Assembly: GCA_002269645.1 (NCBI GenBank)
Contig: NIVC01001965.1
Location: forward strand, 22,855 to 86,854
Direction of reading: 5' to 3'
Length of the DNA stretch: 64,000 bases
From: Macrostomum lignano
Lineage: Eukaryota
Shown here: one piece after another, positions 1 through 18,277 of the stretch
How positions within the stretch are numbered: the stretch's first letter is position 1
How the letters are laid out: each line of letters begins with the position of its first letter
The notes under the pieces: generated by a model
Database searches by the model: none
Told to the model about the DNA's origin: nothing
The model's input: only the letters and a program-made list of their open reading frames with translations
Program-made: the position numbers and the translations under genes

Positions 1-248
1 GCTTTGCGTTTAGAAATTTACTTTCAATATGCTACTATTAGTGGTATTAGTGACTAAGGTACCATGGTATTAGTGAATCTCCGACTTTTGTTCGTAGAAA
101 AATCTAATATCTCTACGTAAGGTTTTCAAACTAGACATCAATTGCAAAAATAGACTTCCAACACTTTAGAATAAGGTCGCTGACTTAATACTCTGTAGTT
201 TTAGGAATCAGTGTACTGCATACCCCAGAAATTTTATAAGACCGAAAT

Positions 249-388
249 TTCACAAGACCGAAACTTCATAAGACCGAAATTTCACAACGCCGGAAACTGC
301 TGCACGATCCTTCACAAGACCGAAACTTCATAAGACCGAAATTTCACAACGCCGGAAACTGCTGCACGATCCTTCACAAGACCGAAAC
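249..388. repeat. 62-bp tandem duplication (about 2.3 copies) built on AAGACCGAAA sub-repeats
   Basis: TTCACAAGACCGAAAC recurs at 249, 311 and 373. Confidence 0.85.
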
Positions 389-394
389 ATCTTT

Positions 395-555
395 TAACCT
401 ACGTCAATTTATCTGTAACTGGAAAATTTCTGATCGAACGGTGCAAATTTGAAGAAAATCGGTTGAGACGTTTTTCTGAAATCTATTAAATACCTACCCA
501 CAGACAACTCATTTTTATATATTGAGATAGTAAGGTAGATAGAGATAGAGATAGT
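395..555 (+). mobile_element. Probable 3' end of a short non-autonomous (Helitron/HINE-like) interspersed element
   Basis: TTTTTCTGAAATC...CAGACAACTCATTTTTA.TATAT is shared with 45581-45640. The classification rests only on general resemblance to non-autonomous Helitron 3' ends. Confidence 0.35.
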
Positions 556-882
556 ACTTAGTAAGGTAGCGAGCTTAAGGTAGCCATTTTTGACAGTGAT
601 TTAGTACCGAGTTCTGACCGTGATTTACATGTACGAGCGTAGTACCGAGTTTTGACCTGTAAAACTACCGAGCTTCCAGTTCTGATGCTTCTCGCTCAGA
701 AAGTGTCCGTAGCAAGTTTTTTAAACCAAAAAATCGAGCTGCCAATTTGACTCGGTTACCGAGTTCGTTTTAGCGAGTTTCTCGCTCAAAATTTTCAGCC
801 GGGAGAAACACGCTCCCGCCCACCTCCCGTAGTTCTCGCGCGACGCTTCACCACGCCGTCGTGTAAACTTTTTTTCACCTGG

Positions 883-2202
883 CTAACTACAAGTACAAGA
901 ATGCATCATCCTTACATCAGCGCAGAACTTCAGGTCTTCAACAAACTCACCAGAGAAATCAAACACGTAGAATTTCAGGCTAACCAGCTTAGGACACTTC
1001 GGAATGAAGTGAAGCAGGTTACCACAATTATCCTCAAGATCATCGCCATAAAAATCAAAAGACAAGTTGGCCAGTCGGGCAACCAGCTGGTTGAGAAGCT
1101 GCCTGTTCTGCGAATCTGCGAGCGAGTACAGGGGTATCATAGTGCGATAGAACCATTTTCCAAGAATTTCCATCAGCGACAGGCGGGGACAGCCGGTCAG
1201 CAGGCTGCTCAGCGCATCGTCCGAGAGCGCATTGTCGCAGTGACTGACGCTCAGTTCCTGCAGGCTGTGGCAGCTGCGGCCCACGGCAATCAGCGCTGAG
1301 TCACCATTGACGCCAAACAATCTGAGGCTGGTGAGGTTCACGGATGCGGCCAGCACCTGGGGCAGCTTTTGTGGGTCAGTCATTGAGTAGCCATCAATCT
1401 CCCGCACAACGTCCCTCAGAAAGCTGGTAAACGATACCGTCAGTTCGACATTTGAGGAAGTGCCAAAGCCAATGCGGATTTTGCGCCACAGCTGCGGCTG
1501 CGTGGCCAGCCGATGCCAGCGCCTGCTCAGCTGAGCGCACCGGCCGCGGCTGGCCTGGTCCAGCTCGGACAGGATCCGCGTGAGCAGCACTTCTGGTAGA
1601 GTTTCGATCGCGCAGTGGCTCGTAGAGGTCGACTGCGGGATTCAATAAGTTATATCGCTTCTAGCCTAAAGTCGCAGACACGGGACGGATGATGTCCAGC
1701 ACTAGATCGCTACAACCCCAAGCGCATTCATCTGGGGCTTGTGTGCGCGAAAATTGGCCAGCGAGTTGTGCGATCCACACACATGAGGGCCAGCCTCCCA
1801 GGGACAGTGTAGATGCCTGAGGAAGTCAGGGGCCACTGTACACCCTGAGTGAGCGTGTGCATGAGTGCCGTGCGCGCAGGAGTCAGACGAATGAGCAGAA
1901 TTGCCTCACCACTGGTTGTAAGACAATGTTGCTGAAGGCGGTGCGAAAGGGTACACGCAGCACTACTGCGGATGTTTGATTTATCCTAATTTATCCAACA
2001 GGGTCACGGGCAAGGAACCTGTAGAATACCTGGTTTACCCTCTTGCATGCTAAAAGCTATTTGGGACCCGGATGGCTTCCAGAGCGTGCAAAACTTCACA
2101 AAAATGCAGGAGCAGCAAAGGCAACAACAGCAGTCTTACATCCTGCTCGGACTCCGAGCCACTTTGAGGCCTCGTTGACTCGGCACCCGCCGCCTGGGCC
2201 AT
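883..2202 (-). CDS. F-box / leucine-rich-repeat protein; exons 2202-2140 and 1632-916 (runs to stop at 883 if the 915 donor is unused)
   Basis: F-box signature IETLPEVLLTRIL...CAQLSRRWHRLA..PQLWRKI followed by LRR-like repeats (LTSLRL, LQELSVSHC, LSSLLTGCPRL). ATG at 2202; phase-0 donor GAT|GTAAGA (2139) joins phase-0 acceptor CGCAG|TCG (1632). A further donor GAT|GTAAGG at 915 suggests downstream exons. Confidence 0.75.
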
Positions 2203-2842
2203 CTGCAATGATCGGCGCTGACTCAGCTGATCAATCTTGCACGAGAATGAGAACTTATGAATTTCTATGGGGAGAGAGAACAAGAAAGGGGAGATGAGAG
2301 GAGAGAAGATGAGAGGGAAGAGGAGAGGAGAGGAGAGTAGAGAAAAAAAGAGAAGAAAAGAGAGGAGATAACTTAGAAGATACACAAATCCGAACTATAT
2401 TGTTATAGATATATTGCTATTGTGAAGTTTCAAAGGACCCGAGGTCCGGATAGAGAGGCTTCGCGGACCGGAGGTTGCCGACCCCCGCTATAGCGGCTAA
2501 GCTAAAAATTAACGAAAAAGACGAGAGAAAAAGACTGCGCAAAATTGATTTTACTATCTGCAAAATAGCGGCAGGTGAAACCATTGGCTGACAAGTGCAA
2601 AGCTTATTATTGAAGTGCAGTTTAGCATTGAAATGAGCGCCGCGACACTTCACGCAATAAAGCTGTACATGCAAAATTCGCTGCTCATAACTGGTAACAG
2701 GGGTAAGTTGACCAGTTGCTCATCACTTTTTATTTAAACTGAGCTTCTTAAGTCGGCATTGCGATCGAGTATTCAACGTAAATATGGGTCTGCTAAGCTA
2801 ACATAGCAACAACGGGTAACTACGGTAAAGAATAGGAAAAGG

Positions 2843-3865
2843 GAAAGGAGGATGGGAGAGGAAGGAGAAGAGAAATATAGGAGGGAGGATAGAGGGGAGG
2901 GGGGAGGATAGCGGGGAGGGGGGATAGAGGGGGAGGATAGAGGGAAGGGGGGATAGAGGGGATGATAGAGGAGGGAGGATAGAGGGGGGGAAAGAGGGAG
3001 GATAGAGGGGAGGGTAGAGGGGAGGGGGGATAGAGGGGAGGATAGAGGGGAGGATAGAGGGGAGGATAGAAGGAAGGGGGGATAGAGGGATGATAGAGGG
3101 GGCAGGATAGAGGGATAGAGGGGGGGGAAAGAGGGAGGATAGAGGGGAGGATAGAGGGGAGGGGGATAGAGGGGAGGATAGAGGGGGATAGAGGGGAGGG
3201 TAGAGGGAAGGGGGATAGAGGGGAGGGTAGAGGGAGGGGGATAGAGGGGAGGATAGAGGGGAGGGGGATAGAGGGGAGGGGGATAGAGGGGAGGATAGAG
3301 GGATAGAGGGGAGGATAGAAGGGAGGGGGATAGAGGGGATGATAGAGGGGGGAGGATAGAGGGGATAGAGGGGGGAAAGAGGGAGGATAGAGGGGAGGAT
3401 AAAGGGGAGGGGGATAGAGGGGAGGATAGAGGGGGATAGAGGGGAGGGTAGAGGGAAGGGGGATAGAGGGGAGGGGAGAGGGGGATAGAGGGGAGGATAG
3501 AGGGAGGGGGATAGAGGGGGGATAGAGGGGAGGATAGAGGGATAGAGGGGAGGATAGAAGGGAGGGGGATAGAGGGGATGATAGAGGGGGGAGGATAGAG
3601 GGGGGGAAAGAGGGAGGATAGAGGGGAGGGTAGAGGGGAGGGGGGATAGAGGGGAGGATAAAGGGGAGGGGGATAGAGGGGAGGATAGAGGGGAGAGGGA
3701 TAGAGGGGAGGATAGAGGGGAGGGGGGATAGAGGGGAGGATAGAGGGGAGAGGGATAGAGGGGAGGATAGAGGGGAGGGGGGATAGAGGGGAGGATAGAG
3801 GGGAGAGGGATAGAGGGGAGGGTAGAGGGGAGGGGGATAGAGGGGAGGGGGATAGACTAGATAGA
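2843..3865. repeat. Purine-rich degenerate minisatellite (GGATAGAGGGGA(G)n)
   Basis: About 1 kb composed almost entirely of G/A with recurring GGATAGAGGGG; the 373-aa Pro/Ser/Leu ORF on it is an artefact. Confidence 0.95.
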
Positions 3866-4010
3866 GGTAAAACAGAGGGGAGACCAGGAGACAATATACT
3901 GAAGGTTGGATTTCTGAAACAGACTCAAAAAGGTAAATTCCGACCAGTCTCAGACTGAGAGCGGAACAAAAGCAGGTGGAATAGCATCGCCAGTCAAATG
4001 CAGGTGCAGG

Positions 4011-5957
<1,947 letters not shown>

Positions 5958-6479
5958 GGCGCAGCGGGCGAGCTCTGCTGCGGGACAGAGTTGAGCAACT
6001 CGGGACTGCGATAAAATACCCAAAAATATGTCTTGCCAAAAAACATGTTTTCACCTCAAAACACATACATGCGCAATGAGGTTCTAGAGGGTAAAAACCA
6101 AAGGGGTAAGGTAGAGGTGGCTTTGTTTTTGCAAAAAGTTGCTTGGTTCCTTTCTGTTTTTTCAGGTTTCTATATAAGGGAGGGGCAACTACCCCATAGT
6201 TATATAACTATGTATATTAATGCATTGGGCATTTAAAAACATTAATTGGTTATAAAAGGAAAATAAAGCCTTATGAATTATGCTTATAAAATAAGAAAAC
6301 AAAATATTTAAATTGAATTGATGAAAATATTAAAATTTATAAATCTAGATATTAAGTGCTACTTATATATTTTATAACTACAACTTAATTGCATTTGACT
6401 TATATTATAACTATTGACTTCTTAGAAGACTAGCATAGATATTTTTTGTATTAGTTGTCACCATATAAGCTAGAATATA

Positions 6480-7257
6480 TGTCGTAGGGGTTACTTCTGC
6501 CTCTATTAATAATATCCCACTATTGCCACCAAAGTTGACGTAGGGCTTCGTCTCTCTATACAATTTCAACCGCTGACACCAAAGTTGTACCAGGGGTGTT
6601 CCTTCTTGTCAATATTGCTGGGTATTACTTGCTTTTTACTCGTAGCGCATGTACTTCTATTGGTAGCGTCTGTACTTCTATTGGTAGCGTATGTACTTTT
6701 ACTGGTAGCGTCTGTACTTCTATTGTACTTTCGGGCCTGAGCGGTCTCTTAGGCACTGTCTATTCTATTCCTATACTCTAAAGATTCAGTCCTGGGCGTT
6801 CCCGGGATCAGAGGGTCACAGCGCACTTCGCTGGGTATTCTGCCCTGAGGCGGGTTTCTCAGACTCTGAGTCTGGACTTCTCTACCCTGTGGTAGGATTT
6901 CTGCCTTCTACAGGCGATTTCTCAGATTCTAGATCTGGTTGTCTCGTTCACTAAGAACGGGTTGAACTCTCTCAATTTTGAGGCTTCTGATGCTTTCTAA
7001 AATAACTAAGTCAGTGAGTATTGAGCAATATACTAGAACAGTTTTAGGCTTGAAGCCAACGAAGCACAAGTTGCTCTCCTTCTTATTCAGCTCGTGTATT
7101 TATACTCCTCTCGATTTGGTCTTTTAAACAAATAAAATTTCATAATATTTAAAATATTTACAATATTACTAATATTATACGTATTAAAACAAAATAGTCT
7201 AGTTTCAAATACACTATTTTCTAGGAAACGAACAATGCTAAAATAAGGCCTACCTCA
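6480..7257 (-). repeat. 3' LTR (778 bp), containing four 21-bp internal repeats at 6642-6725
   Basis: Direct repeat of 11341-12118; TG...CA termini. Confidence 0.95.
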
Positions 7258-7270
7258 ACTGCCTTCCCTA
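7258..7270 (-). promoter_or_regulatory. Polypurine tract
   Basis: Minus strand reads AGGGAAGGCAGT immediately before the 3' LTR. Confidence 0.7.
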
Positions 7271-7410
7271 AGACAATATTTATGAACAAAAATTTACAAA
7301 AATTTGACGTGAGTAAAATTGTCAACATGTAAGTAAAATATTTAAGCAGTACACAAAATGATAAATTGATATTTTCAAGGCAAAAGTAAGTATGTCAAGC
7401 AGTACACTAA

Positions 7411-8629
<1,219 letters not shown>

Positions 8630-9009
8630 TAGAATTTCTAGCGGTTTGACTCTTGGCTTAGCAAGGTGTGATTGACGGGTCTGAGGAGCCTCAGGGGTTT
8701 TGTTTATATATTCGGAAAACTGGACCGCATCTTCGTGTTCGCTCTCGGGGAGGGGTCTGAGCTTCACTTTTGACACTTTGGTTCCGTGGGGAACTTCGAT
8801 TCGATTTTTACATGCATATAACTTTCTTAATATAATGTTGAGCAATATACCATTTTATAGATAATTATTTACAGATTAATTTGATGTTTTTGTATTTTTT
8901 GTAGCTTTTATAGTTTTTATTTTATTGAGCTTTTTGTAGAGTCTATTTACAAATGGAAACATTTTTACACTGATTCTAATGGGGTTTTGGTTCGCTGATT
9001 ACGTCATCT

Positions 9010-9750
9010 TTACTTTCGATAGTGAGAATAGCGCCTCCGGGGAACAAAGCCTGTGGTGACTAAGCTCTCTCTCCGGGGTCTCAGATTATAGCTATGCCTT
9101 TGTTCGGCCCTCTCGTTCTCACTTCTATCTTGATTTGGCTCTGATGTGTCACCTATTTCGACTGGCTCGGTTCTCTCACTGTCTAATGATTCATGCTCAA
9201 ACTCTTCTTCATTCTGCTCAATTCCTTCCTCATTTGGCTCGTTCTGTTCGATTTCTCGCACTCTCCATTGAATTCTCTCTTCTTCTGAGCTATTGTCTAA
9301 AATTATTGGTTCCAAATGGTTATTCTTATCGATCGGCTGATGTCGTTGCCTTCCCTTACTTTTCGGCTCTCTCTTTTTCTGTTGCTCTCGCTGCCTTCCC
9401 CTATTTGTAGGTTCCGTCTCTTTATTTGGTAAGTTGGTTTAAATTTTTCGAACATCTACCTTCCGAAATTACACTGCTCTTAGGATCAGGCTGAAATTTG
9501 GCTGCCAATGGGCTACCTTGCTTTCACCATAAGGCAGAGTACTCTTTCAGTAGTTCCATCTATCAAATTTCTCTTTCAGCTTTCAAGATCCTTGAGAGAG
9601 GACTTTAAATGATTAAATCATGCCTTTCTAAGCGGGATCAAGAAATTTCATTCTTGGCTTTCTCAATTTAATTGGATTATCTCTCTTTCTAAAAGAGGAC
9701 TTTTAAATTATCTCTGACAATTTCTCACTTCGACTTTCTCTCATTTCTAC
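9010..9750 (-). pseudogene. Decayed pol C-terminus (integrase GPY/F-like region plus acidic tail)
   Basis: The frame of 9010..9315 is open back to about 9438 and ends ...HSYNLRPRR (the YNLRPR tail is common in Gypsy pol). Upstream in frame, GS*KLKEKFDRWNY*KSTLPYGESKVAHW resembles the GPY/F motif with stops. Confidence 0.5.
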
Positions 9751-10636
9751 TCAGTAGTGGCACACAACGTTTTCTAGCTGCTAATTTCTTGATGCGGAAT
9801 TTCCTCGTTTACGTCTTTTCACCAATTTCTCACGATTTTCAACATGCTCTACTTAGTTCGGTCACTCAGTAGTGCCTTTGACATTTTCGAGCTTCTATCT
9901 ACACAGTCTTCTCAAATTCTGCTCTATTTTTGTTCTTCACAGTCTATCGCATCCTTTTAGAAAGCAATGAAGTCTTTATCTAAAGAGGGACACACGAAGA
10001 TAGCTGATCAGATTTTCTCAATTTTCTCATCAAATTCTCAACTCTTCTCCAAATTCTCTTCTTCAAATTCTCTTCTCGTCTCAATATCTCCTGAATTCTT
10101 CTCTTGAATTCACTTCTACAACTTCAACAGCTTCTATCGCTCCTTCTTAAGTGTCTATCAGCGTTTCGAGGGTGCGGCTAGGCTTTCCCTAGTCTACCTC
10201 TGCTTCTAGTACACTTGCTTTGATTTTACTTCTCGTCTCAATTCTCTTCAAAACTTCTCAACTTCGCAACTCTTATCTCGCTTCTATTCCTGTTTGTAAG
10301 AGTTTATTCTCAATTATTTCTTTCCGCAGAGCCTTTTATTAATACTCTGGAAGGACTTTGGCTAATTAGTTATGCTTCCTATCTTCTGAGCAACTTCACT
10401 ATCCCAAATTAAGCCTATATCTGAATTTTAGTAAAACGGCCCTTCTAAGGGTTAATTTGCAAAACGGCCCCTTTGAGGGCTCTAATAAGCAATTAAGTGC
10501 ATTTTATACGTTATATAGTGCTAATTCAAACATTTTTATTTTCTTTTTCGAAGCTTTTTATAAATTTTTATATTTTTATGGATACTATGTACACTTTTCT
10601 GAGCTTTAACTGAATCGTGCTTTACAGACTCAACTC

Positions 10637-11224
10637 TCATCCTTTCTCCTGGGCTCGCTGTCTGGCTTCTCCCAAGTTAATTCTGCATCTGTGGCCTGCC
10701 TGTGGTCTTATCGAACCTGGCTGCCCACAGAAGAAGCAATGGCCGGGTTTTGGCTCAGGTCTGGCGCCACTAAATCGGTGCCTGAACTGGGGACGCGGCT
10801 TTGGCATTGGCTGGGACTGCTGCTGCCGTTCCGGGTTTGAGTTCACGTTGATACTAGTGAAGATAGTTATCAAGGTGACCAAGCACTCCACTAGGGCTTC
10901 AGTTCCTCCTTTCTGGTTCTGCTGTTTTGGCTTAAACTCCTCAATGATCTGCCTCCTAATCTCCTGATAATGCTGCTGATCTTTCCTATGGCTCATCCTC
11001 CGCTTCAGTCCTTCTGGAATGTCCAGATTGGCGAAGAGGGCTTCCTTCCGCTTTTCTTCGTTAAATCCTTGCATCCTGCATTGCTGCTCGAATGCGTTGA
11101 GCCACTGCCTGATGTTCTTGTCAGACGTGTACTTTTCTACTTCTACCTGCTTCAGTGATCCTAGTTCTACCCTGTTTCTTAGCTCTTCGGCTAGCATCGC
11201 AATCGCATCATTTGCATTGGCCAT
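10637..11224 (-). CDS. gag: Short Gag-like protein (195 aa) with atypical zinc knuckle
   Basis: First ATG after the PBS; capsid-like KY...IRQWLNAFEQQC...KRKEALFANL; C-terminal CFFCGQPG. Confidence 0.8.
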   Translation of the reverse strand: MANANDAIAMLAEELRNRVELGSLKQVEVEKYTSDKNIRQWLNAFEQQCRMQGFNEEKRKEALFANLDIPEGLKRRMSHRKDQQHYQEIRRQIIEEFKPKQQNQKGGTEALVECLVTLITIFTSINVNSNPERQQQSQPMPKPRPQFRHRFSGARPEPKPGHCFFCGQPGSIRPQAGHRCRINLGEARQRAQEKG

Positions 11225-11317
11225 CTCTGATCTTGTCAGGTTCTGCTATTTCTCTAGTCTTCTAACCGTTTCTCTAATTCTGGCCATTTCTCTGATCTAA
11301 TTCTCGCCGTTTCTCTG

Positions 11318-11335
11318 ATCCCACCGCTGCCACCA
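11318..11335 (-). promoter_or_regulatory. Primer-binding site, tRNA-Leu
   Basis: Minus strand TGGTGGCAGCGGTGGGAT, 5 nt after the 5' LTR; complementary to ATCCCACCGCTGCCACCA, the 3' end of metazoan tRNA-Leu(AAG) as I recall it. Confidence 0.85.
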
Positions 11336-11340
11336 AAAGT

Positions 11341-12118
11341 TGTCGTAGGGGTTACTTCTGCCTCTATTAATAATATCCCACTATTGCCACCAAAGTTGAC
11401 GTAGGGCTTCGTCTCTCTATACAATTTCAACCGCTGACACCAAAGTTGTACCAGGGGTGTTCCTTCTTGTCAATATTGCTGGGTATTACTTGCTTTTTAC
11501 TCGTAGTGCATGTACTTCTATTGGTAGCGTCTGTACTTCTATTGGTAGCGTATGTACTTTTACTGGTAGCGTCTGTACTTCTATTGTACTTTCGGGCCTG
11601 AGCGGTCTCTTAGGCACTGTCTATTCTATTCCTATACTCTAAAGATTCAGTCCTGGGCGTTCCCGGGATCAGAGGGTCACAGCGCACTTTGCTGGGTATT
11701 CTGCCCTGAGGCGGGTTTCTCAGACTCTGAGTCTGGACTTCTCTACCCTGTGGTAGGATTTCTGCCTTCTACAGGCGATTTCTCAGATTCTAGATCTGGT
11801 TGTCTCGTTCACTAAGAACGGGTTGAACTCTCTCAATTTTGAGGCTTCTGATGCTTTCTAAAATAACTAAGTCAGTGAGTATTGAGCAATATACTAGAAC
11901 AGTTTTAGGCTTGAAGCCAACGAAGCACAAGTTGCTCTCCTTCTTATTCAGCTCGTGTATTTATACTCCTCTCGATTTGGTCTTTTAAACAAATAAAATT
12001 TCATAATATTTAAAATATTTATAATATTACTAATATTATACGTATTAAAACAAAATAGTCTAGTTTCAAATACACTATTTTCTAGGAAACAAACAATGCT
12101 AAAATAAGGCCTACCTCA
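11341..12118 (-). repeat. 5' LTR (778 bp)
   Basis: Direct repeat of 6480-7257; followed on the minus strand by the PBS. Confidence 0.95.
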
Positions 12119-14243
12119 TATACATGCACAATTTCTGGCCAACCTAGCTGATCTGGTCACTATAAATTATGATGGTCTAGTGATAGTCATAAAAATGCCC
12201 ACCTAAAATAATATAAATATAGCATTAATTGCATGATGAGGCATTTAGCCTTAATAATGAATTAAATAAATTATATAATGGAAATATAAATCTTAACAAA
12301 ATAACTACAACCAAATATTATGAAATGTCTCTTATCACTAAAATGACAATACTCATGAAATCTTTGATTTTTCATTGAAAACGAAGTGTGTCTATCACAA
12401 TAGCAACTTGTGACCAAAAATTAAAATGACTATTTGTCACCAAAATGACTATTTGTCACCGAAATGACTGGTACCCTTAATAAGACAATCATAGTTAAGC
12501 CTACTCCTGGCAGTTATCCAAAATTGCATTAATTTTGTGCTTTTTTAGGGTTTTTTTTCAATTTTCACAAGTAAGTTGCATGGCCAGTGTAAATCAAGGC
12601 AAGGGGGTTGTGCATATATAAGTTAGAAGAAACCATTAGCTAGGCCTAAGAGTAGTAAACTTTGTTAGCATAGGGCCTAACCATTGCTCTAAGCAGTTGG
12701 CAACTTAGCATCAGGTTCAACCTTTTTATTTTGTAACAGGAAAGATATTAGGCTACCTTATTAGCCTATTATTAGGCCTAATTCTAACTAATATAATAGG
12801 CATATTGAAAATCTCATCTTAGGCCTAATATTAATTTAAGTTTTTAAATAAATGCCAAACTTATAAACATTTAGTATAATTTCAAATCCAAAATCAAACT
12901 TGTAGGCCTAAATTTATGCTTATTTACAGCTAGCTAGGCAAAAAACCTAGGCTTACCACTTACAGTTACACCTATATCTGACAAAAAGAAAATGATAAAT
13001 ATGACACTAGTTACTACTAGTAGTTATTGTAGCAACAATGTATTTATTGATTCATTAGGCCTATATACCCATGTATATTTATTTCATAACTATGATGTCT
13101 ATGAGTACGATGAGGCCACAAGAGGAACTAGACGTTTGTAGTAAATTGCAGCGACGTGAAGTAGTAGTAGTAAATTTGCTCAGGCCAGTAAGAACTATAT
13201 ATTTGAGATATTTTTGAGACGAAAGTTTATTTAGATGTGGATTTAAATTCAGCCCCGGCTTTACGCTTTACAATATGTTAAACAAACAATCTTATAATCC
13301 TAGTTAAATAATCTGGTATAAAAGTCGTTTTATAAAAAAGTAATATAAATGTATTTTATGCTTAAATTATCTATAAACTTTTTACAACAAATTTCTGTCT
13401 TTCCATCGATTTTGATTTTGATTTTTTGTAAGAAAGCAAGTGTAAATATTCCGCCCTTGGGGTAGAATAAATGCTGATATATGACTTTAATCTGTTTATT
13501 TTATTATTAATCTGTTGTTTAAAATGTAAAGAAGCTAGCAAAACTGACACTATAGTATCATTTACTTCTTATAGATATTGTAGACCTGCATAATGTCTAA
13601 AATAAATATTAATTGCTAACTTACAATTTACATTAGTATAATGTAGATTATATAGCTTAGATATGTAACTTCGAAAGTCTGTGGTAGTATTATATTTGTA
13701 GGATTTAATTTTAAGTGCTATTAGTTTGTTTTGATATAAACTGTAGACATTTAAATTATATGTAAGCTTAGTTAAAATAAATGAACTATATATGGTACTA
13801 AATTGATTTGAAATGCCTAATTTGGCTTCTAGTTTGTTTTTATGTTTTACTACTACATACTAGCTAGTTTCTTTTGGGAAATGATACTTTTTATTTTTTT
13901 AATTATTTTTAGTACAATATAGGCTTCTATATTCTTAAATAAAGCATATCATTTTTAAAGGATTATAAAAAGCATAGTTTTTTGAGGTTCTAATATGAAT
14001 AGATTTATATGTTATTGTTTTGTTACCATATTTATTATCTTTATAAACTATGAGCTTTCTAGATGCTCTCTTAAGTTATTTTTCATAATATTTAGCAATA
14101 TCAACTTTATGTATAATCATAGTTTATATATACATTATAATAAGCTACAAAACTGAAAATACAATTATCAAATCTATCTTGAACTTAAATTAATTTACTT
14201 GCATGCTTCCAGAAGATAGAAAGTCATATTTTATAAAGGCTAA

Positions 14244-18005
<3,762 letters not shown>

Positions 18006-18277
18006 CCCGTCTCTGGTTGGGGCATTGTTGGGAAACTATTTTATAAGAGGGCCGATTCACTTAAGCACATGTAACTTCTCAACTAGACTTTGATCTTGAG
18101 TATAGTTTGCCCGTTGAAAATGGTACCTAAGCCAAGAAACGCCCCAGAGTCGTTGCAGGTAACACAGGTAAAATGGGAAAGAAGTGACTCTAAACGCGGA
18201 GATGTCACGGCACAAGTAGTCAAAGAGTCGCCTAAGAGTCAATTTGAAGCGTTTTTTTGTCTGCGACTCAGGACTAC

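Noticed and set aside
9420-10600. Stop-codon readthrough or non-standard genetic code in the element interior
   Set aside because: Stops of all three types occur with frameshifts, and host genes use TGA/TAG normally. Simple decay explains it.
11318-11335. tRNA-Leu gene
   Set aside because: Only the 18-nt 3' end including CCA is matched, adjacent to an LTR. It is a PBS, with no cloverleaf.
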